A stretch of 17,621 bases of DNA from Octopus sinensis. Its lineage: Eukaryota. The stretch lies in assembly GCF_006345805.1 (NCBI RefSeq), contig NW_021824782.1, forward strand, positions 1 through 17,621, in the 5' to 3' direction. The position numbers and the translations under genes are program-made. Of the stretch, positions 11,469 to 17,621 are shown piece after piece; position 1 is the stretch's first letter; every line of letters begins with the position of its first letter. The notes below the pieces were generated by a model. That model saw nothing but the letters and a program-made list of their open reading frames with translations. It searched no databases and was not told where the DNA came from.

Positions 11469-11668
11469 TTTCTAATGTCGAGAAGAAAATAATAAAAATG
11501 AAATGGGGTCGAAACTGCCCCTAGGGGCGAATTCCTCCCTTGGAAAAGCACTCAAATGAAAGTTGGTTGCCTTACACACCTTATTTGCAAAAATCTACAC
11601 AAAAATTGGCCTATAAATAGTCAAAATAAATGATTACCTTCGGAGCTGAAACGACATCACATCCGTCA

Positions 11669-14180
11669 ATAGATAGATGATAGATAGATGGAAGATAGAT
11701 GGAAGATAGATGGAGTAGATGGAAGATAGATGGAAGATAGATGGAGATATAGATGGAAGATAGATGGAAGATAGATGGAAGATAATGGAAGATAGATGGA
11801 AGATAGAGGAAGATAGATGGAAGATAGATGGAAGATAGATGGAAGATAGATGGAAGATAGATGGAAGATAGATGGAAGATAGATGGAAGAAGATGGAAGA
11901 TAGATGGAAGATAGATGAGATAGATGGAAGATAGATGAAGATAGATGGAAGATAGATGGAAGTAGATGGAAGATAGATGGAAGATAGATGGAAGATAGAT
12001 GGAAGATAGATGGAAATAGATGGAAGATAGATGGAAGATAGATGGAAGATAGATGGAAGATAGATGGAAGATAGATGGAAGATAGATGGAAGATAGATGG
12101 AAGATAGATGGAAGATAATGGAAGATAGATGAAGATAGATGGAAGAGAGATGGAAGATAGATGGAAGATAGATGGAAGATAGATGGAAGATAGATGGAAG
12201 ATAGATGGAAGATAGATGGAAGATAGATGGAAGATAGATGGAAGATAGATGGAAGATAGATGGAAGATAGATGGAAGATAGATGGAAGATAGATGGAAGA
12301 TAGATGGAAGATAGATGGAAGATAGATGGAAGATAGATGGAAGATAGATGGAAGATAGATGGAAGATAGATGGAAGATAGATGGAAGATAGATGGAAGAT
12401 AATGGAAGATAGATGGAAGATAGATGGAAGATAGATGGAAGATAGATGGAAGATAGATGGAAGATAGATGGAAGATAGATGGAAGATAGATGGAAGATAG
12501 ATGGAAGATAGATGGAAGATAGATGGAAGATAGATGGAAGATAGATGGAAGATAGATGGAAGTAGATGGAAGATAGATGGAAGATAGATGGAAGATAGAT
12601 GGAAGATAGATGAAGATAGATGGAAGATAGATGGAGATAGATGGAAGATAGATGAAGATAGATGGAAGATAGATGGAAGATAGATGGAAGATAGATGGAA
12701 GATAGATGGAAGATAGATGGAAGATAGATGGAAGATAGATGGAAGATAGATGGAAGATAGATGGAAATAGATGGAAGATAGATGGAAGATAGATGGAAGA
12801 TAGATGGAAGATAGATGGAAGATAGATGGAAGATAGATGAAGATAGATGGAGATAGATGGAAGATAGATGGAAGATAGATGGATGATAGATGGATGATAG
12901 ATGGATGATAGATGGATGTAGATGGAAGATAGATGGAAGATAGATGGACGATAGATGGAAGATAGATGGAAGATAGATGAAGATAGATGGATATAGGATG
13001 GAAGATAGATGGAAGATAGATGGAAGATAGATGGAAGATAGATGGAAGATAGAATGGAAGATATGGATGATGAATAGATGATGATAGATGGAGATATATG
13101 AGAATGATATATATATGGAAGATAGATGGAAGATAGATGGAAGAGAATGGAAGATAGATGGAAGATAGATGGAAGATAGATGGAAGATAGATGGAGATAG
13201 ATGGAAGATAGATGGAAGATAGATGGAAGATAGATGGAAGATAGAGGAAGATAGATGATAGATGGATGATAGATGGAAGATAGATGGATGATAGCTGGAA
13301 GATAGATGGAAGATAGATGGATGATAGATGGAAGATAGATGGATGATAGATGGAAGATAGATGGATGATAGATGGAGATAGATGGATGATAGATGGAAGA
13401 TAGATGGATGATAGATGGAAGATAGATGGATGATAGATGGAAGATAGATGGATGATAGATGGAAGATAGATGGATGATAGATGGAAGATAGATGGATGAT
13501 AGATGGAAGATAGATGGATGATAGATGGAAGATAGATGGATGATAGATGGAAGATAGATGGAAGATAGATGGATGATAGATGGATGATAGATGGAAGATA
13601 GATGGAAGATAGATGGATGATAGATGGAAGATAGATGGAAGATAGATGGAAGATAGATGGAAGATAGATGGATGATAGATGGATGATAGATGGATGATAG
13701 ATGGATGATAGATGGAAGATAGATGGAAGATAGATGGAAGATAGATGGAAGATAGATGGAAGATAGATGGAAGATAGATGGAAGATAGATGGATGATAGA
13801 TGGATGATAGATGGATGATAGATGGATGATAGATGGAAGATAGATGGATGATAGATGGATGATAGATGGAAGATAGATGGATGATAGATGGAAGATAGAT
13901 GGATGATAGATGGAAGATAGATAGATAGATGGAAGATAGATGATAGATAGATAGAAGATAGATAGATAGAAGATAGATGGAAAGAAGATAGATGGAAAGA
14001 AGATAGATAGATAGATGGAAAGAAGATAGATAGATAGATGGAAAGAAGATAGATAGATAGATGGAAAGAAGATAGATAGATAGATGGAAAGAAGATAGAT
14101 AGATGGATGGATGGATGGATGGATGGATGGATGGATGGATGGATGGATGGATGGATGATGGGTGGGTGGGTGGGTGGTGC

Positions 14181-14267
<87 letters not shown>

Positions 14268-14307
14268 GATAGATAGATAGAGATAGATAGAGATAGATAG
14301 ATAGATA
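11669..14307. repeat. 2.6-kb compound AGAT-derived satellite: 11-mer (GAAGATAGATG)n with a GATGATAGATG variant, a 23-mer block, then (GATG)n, (GGTG)n, (CAGA)n and (TAGA)n
   Basis: 11-mer dominates ~11691-12880; mixed A/T variants ~12881-13920; 23-mer GAAAGAAGATAGATAGATAGATG ~13997-14100; GATG 14102-14159; GGTG 14160-14178; CAGA 14180-14239; TAGA 14240-14307. Confidence 0.97.
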
Positions 14308-15291
14308 ACTTTCTTTTATTAGCCACACAGGGCTGAATACAGAGGGGACAAATACAAATGCAGAGCTTTTCTTTTCGAGGGTGAAAAAAAAAAAATGTAA
14401 GATTGCGATCAAAGGGATCGAGAGGAGGAAAAAAAGGAAAAAAAGGAAAATCGTGTATCACAGAAATAATGGTGTAAACATTGATATAACAAGATTGGGT
14501 TCATCCGTGGGAAGAAAAGCCTACAGAAAAGACCACGGGAACCCCAGTCAGGAGGAAATAACACATGAGGTCAAAATGCTCTCTTTCTTTCTTTCTTTTT
14601 TACGATCTACAGGATCATGCTCAAAATGGTTCGTTACTAGCACGCACCATCTTTGCAACATTCACCCATCTTTTTTTGAATCTTTCGCGAGACAAAACTT
14701 CCCTCTCCATTCTCACCTTCCTTTTCAAGTGGTACTTGAAAAAGTTGATGAGCGATTGGCCAGAGAGGTAAGTGTTTGTCTCTAATCCTTTCGCTCGAGT
14801 CCACCACACACATTCTTTCACACCATGGCCACCAGTACGATGAAAACTGCCTGGCCTTCCCGGTTGAGGGAAGGGGGCGGAGCAATTCTCTCACGATAGA
14901 CTCGGCCGATAGGCGGATTCGTCCCACACGTGACAGCCAGCCGTTCGGCATAAGCCCACAGTCGGAAATGGTTGGACCTTGCACGAGTGCGTGCAGAACG
15001 GTTTCGTCGCTCTGACCGCATCTCGGGCAGTCGGTCCAGTGTGTCTGGAACCGTGTCTGTAGAGCTTATCCCGAACAGGTAATGCTTCTCGATAGCACTG
15101 CCAGGCCAGGGATCTTTGGTGATTGTTCATAGGTCCCGGCCCGAAAGTTGTCCTGAACAGGCGGGTCAGGTGTTCCTCGTCGTCACGCCCAGACTCTGCC
15201 CGAGTTCGTCGTCGCACCTCCCCTCCACTAATCCTCTATAGAATGCCTTTGTTGTGATGGAGTCGCACAAGTTCGATCCCGGACGGCAGAG
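14308..15291 (-). mobile_element. Copy D1: 3' part of a Tx1-like element (ORF2 C-terminus + 3'UTR)
   Basis: Encodes KECVWWTRAKGLETNTYLSGQSLINFFKYHLKR, homologous to KECVWWTRLKGLQTNTFLSGQSLVNFFKYHLKR of copy B. It also has the Cys/His motif region and a 3'UTR with the terminal hairpin and AATAAA running into TCTA. Confidence 0.88.
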
Positions 15292-17265
15292 CGGTTTCGT
15301 CGCTCTGACCGCATCTCGGGCAGGTCGGCCCCGTGTTTCTCGAGCCGTGTCTGTAGAGCTTATCCCGAACGGGTAGCGCTTCTCGGTAGCACTGCCAGGC
15401 CAGGGATCTCTGGAAGTTGTCCATGGGCCCTGGCCCGAAAGTCGTCCCGAACAGGTGGGTCAGGTACTCCTCGTCGACGTCCAGGTTCGCCCCGAGCTCG
15501 TCGTCGTACCTCCCCTCCACTAAACCCCTATAGAATGCTTTTGGTTGTGTTGAAGTCACTTAAGGTCGACCCAGGACGGCAGAGTTGCTTGAGAGCAACG
15601 CGACACTCGCGGTGCCATTCGCCTTCCTCGGCCTCTTTTTGATCCACGACTGCAGTTCGGTCATGGAGACGAGCTGCGGGAAAGCGTGCCTCACAAACGG
15701 CGACCACACCTGTTCACCGTCGTCTACATAGAGCCAGAGATGTCGCAGTCTCAGCGCGTGTCTGCACATCATCAACCACGGCATGCCCAGCCCTCCTTTT
15801 AACGGGTGTTGACAGCAAATGGATCGCCTGACCATCAGGACGCATCCTTTCCACAAGAAGCGAAGAGGATTGCGTTCTAGTTTGGTGATGGTAGGGTCGG
15901 GACAAGGTACGACGGTCAGGCGGTAGTAGATGATGGACGCGATGTACGCGTTCACCACCTCCGCCCGACCTTTTAGGGACAGTTTCCTCTCAAGCCATTG
16001 CTGGGCGAGAGTGACACCCTACTCGTTATCTCGTTCCAGTTCTTCTCCATTTGGAGGTCCGGACCGAACCAGACCCCGAGCAACTCAACCGGGCCGTCTG
16101 TCCAGCGTCCCCGACGGAGGTACTGGTGGACGGCATGGGCTTGCTTCTCCAGGTGCCGAGCCGCAAGCCCACTGACTTTTCCCGGTTGATTTTTGCTCCT
16201 GTCACCGCTTCGTAGTCTTTCAGTGTCTCGCCGACCCGCTCGATGTGCTCGTGGCTTGACACTATGACGGTGACGTCGTCCGCGTATGCAGACACGCTCG
16301 TCCCGCATCCTAATTCTCGCGGGATGCCCCTCAGAGTCGCCAGCTTCCGCAGTAGTGGCTCAAGAGTCAATACGTATAGAAGCGCCGAGAGGGGGCATCC
16401 CTGACGGACCGAACGTGCAATGTCGAAGGGTCTCGATAGATGTCCATTTACGCGAATTACCGAACGGATGCCTCTGTACAAGGCAGCTATCCAGCCGCGG
16501 AAACGGGACCGAAACCAGCCGCTCTCAGGACTGCCTCCAAGTATCGATGGTCTACCCCATCAAAGGCTTTCGATTGATCCAAGTTGATCAGGGCCCCACC
16601 CATGCCAGGTTCGTTAACTACCCTGTCTATGATGTAGCGCATCAGATGGAGGTTGTCATGGATGGTCCGGCCCGGCACGGCGCACGTTCTGCGTGTCGAC
16701 CAGTTTCTCCATGACAAGCGCCAACCTCTTGGCTAAACCTTTGTCAAAATTTTCAGGTCTGCATTGAGCAGAGTGATTGGCCTAAAGTTATCTATAATGT
16801 TTCCCTTGTTTGGATCTTTCTTCAGCAGAGTTACAGCTCCTCGACTCACAAACCGGGTATGCTCCGTTTTGCTGCCAGTTGCAGTATACCGCTGCCAAGA
16901 CGTCTCCAAACAAGTCTGGCATACAATAGTAAAATTCGTAGGGTAGACCATCCAAACCCGGTGATTTGTCCTCGAGCATTCTGCCATCGCTTCCCGCACT
17001 TCCGCCGCCGTGATGGCACCTTCGCAGGCACCCTGCCTTTCTTGTCGAGAGTCGTGGCAGGCTATGTAGGTAGGCACTGAAGTCTACCCTACGTTTTTGC
17101 CCTCCACTCGTCCGAACAGTCGGGCAAAATGCTGCTGAAAGGCCTCACACATTTTACTTGGCTCGAGCAATTCGCGCCCCTGTTCATCTACCAGTGACCG
17201 AATGGTGCTTTGTTGCCCTGTTGCGCCTCTGCCACCCGGGCCTCTCTCGCGGCTCCAACACCTTC

Positions 17266-17266
<1 letters not shown>
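15292..17266 (-). mobile_element. Copy D2: 5'-truncated ORF2 segment (RT through CxxC motif), same subfamily as copy C, fused to D1
   Basis: Near-identical by eye to positions ~1-1896 of copy C, with RT motifs DQSKAFDGVDH, VRQGCPLSALLY and SAYADDVTV. Similarity stops abruptly after CCAACACCTTCG (17266), where (ATAG)8 begins. Confidence 0.9.

Positions 17267-17298
<32 letters not shown>
17267..17298. repeat. (ATAG)8 microsatellite between the truncated 5' end of D and the 3' end of E
   Basis: Eight perfect units read directly. Confidence 0.95.
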
Positions 17299-17299
<1 letters not shown>

Positions 17300-17498
17300 A
17301 TGTTTCGTTATTAGCCCACAGGGCTGCACACCGAACAAATTACAGGTAGAGCTTTTTTTTGAAGGTTAAAAAAAATAAAAATAAAAAATAAAAAAAAATA
17401 AAAATAAGAAAAAAATAAAATAAAATAAAAATAAAATAAAAAAAGGGGGGGTCGATCAAAAGGGATAGTAAAAGGAGAGAAAGAGGACAAAAAAAGAG
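17299..17498 (-). mobile_element. Copy E: ~200-bp 3'UTR-only fragment of the same family
   Basis: Carries the terminal motif AGCCCTGTGGGCTAATAAC, the CCTTCAAAA block, a U-rich tract and ATCCCTTTTGATC, all shared with the 3'UTRs of B and D. Flanked by AGAT repeats on both sides. Confidence 0.8.
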
Positions 17499-17522
17499 AG
17501 ATAGATAGATAGATAGATAGAT
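17499..17522. repeat. (AGAT)~6 microsatellite between E and F
   Basis: Read directly. Confidence 0.9.
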
Positions 17523-17621
17523 GATATGTTTCTTTATTAGCCACACAGGGCTGCACACAGAGAGAACAAATTACAAGGTAGATCTTTTCTTTTGAAGGTA
17601 TTAAAAAAAAAAAAAAAAAGG
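17523..17621 (-). mobile_element. Copy F: 3' terminus of a further element extending beyond the window
   Basis: AGCCCTGTGTGGCTAATAAAGAAAC is followed by TATCATCTATCT on the minus strand, and the upstream ~60 nt match the other 3'UTRs. Confidence 0.8.

Larger units (their letters stand above)
5780..11668 (-). mobile_element. Full-length (~5.9 kb) Tx1-like non-LTR retrotransposon, copy B
   Basis: Has a 5'UTR (~200 nt), ORF1 (11468-9589), a ~57-nt spacer, ORF2 (9531-6077) and a 3'UTR with U-rich tracts, a terminal hairpin and AATAAA. Both ends abut AGAT repeats. There are no LTRs or TIRs. Confidence 0.93.

Noticed and set aside
11026-11475. Plus-strand Val/Leu/Phe-rich ORFs resembling membrane proteins (also 5089-5409, 3848-4225, 10108-10383)
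   Set aside because: They are antisense shadows of the A/C-rich, Thr/Asn/Lys-coding ORF1 strand and have no independent support.
11470-11668. HDV-like self-cleaving ribozyme at the element 5' end, as in R2 and some other non-LTR elements
   Set aside because: I could not find the nested double-pseudoknot pairings by eye in either AT-rich 5'UTR. An RNArobo or Infernal search would settle it.
11669-13920. Regular repeat array as a possible CRISPR locus or telomere
   Set aside because: Units are contiguous 11-mers with no unique spacers and no cas genes nearby. There is no TTAGGG/TTAGG-type motif, and the tract is internal, flanked by elements on both sides.
11611-14461. Two ~930-aa minus-strand ORFs (SIFHLSSIYLP repeats)
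   Set aside because: The unit TCTATCTTCCA and its relatives contain no stop codon in any frame, so long ORFs arise automatically. They also run across element boundaries.
14999-15584. Diverged repeat pair next to an RT, resembling a DGR template/variable repeat
   Set aside because: Mismatches involve all four bases rather than adenines only, both copies encode the same ORF2 segment, and the RT is APE-linked non-LTR type.

Overview
This is eukaryotic repetitive DNA, and I see no host gene. The window is an array of non-LTR retrotransposons of the L1 clade, Tx1-like: ORF1 with an RRM-like region and a CCHC zinc knuckle, and ORF2 with an APE endonuclease, RT and a C-terminal CxxC...HxxxxC motif. 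All copies lie on the minus strand and are separated only by (AGAT)n-family microsatellite or satellite DNA. Reading the + strand left to right: element C (1-~5706, 3' end outside the window, carrying a tRNA-derived SINE with an 11-bp TSD); (GTCC)5(AGAT)n; full-length element B (~5780-11668); a 2.6-kb graded compound satellite (11-mer GAAGATAGATG, then variant units, then pure AGAT); a 5'-truncated, internally chimeric element D (14308-17266); (ATAG)8; a ~200-bp 3'UTR-only copy E; (AGAT)n; and the 3' end of a further copy F. All four visible 3' ends share an AGCC-CTGTGT-GGCT hairpin (copy E has a 1-nt-shorter variant) and AATAA(A), and run directly into (TCTA)n with no poly(A). Every 5' junction also abuts (TCTA)n. 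The best reading is a family of GATA/TCTA-microsatellite-targeting Tx1 retrotransposons inserting repeatedly into one tract. The SINE and the AGAT richness suggest an octopod or cephalopod host, but this is from recall and is unverified. The two ~930-aa ORFs are artefacts of the satellite. Many frameshifts are 1-nt homopolymer changes and may be sequencing errors. Identity figures are estimates by eye.
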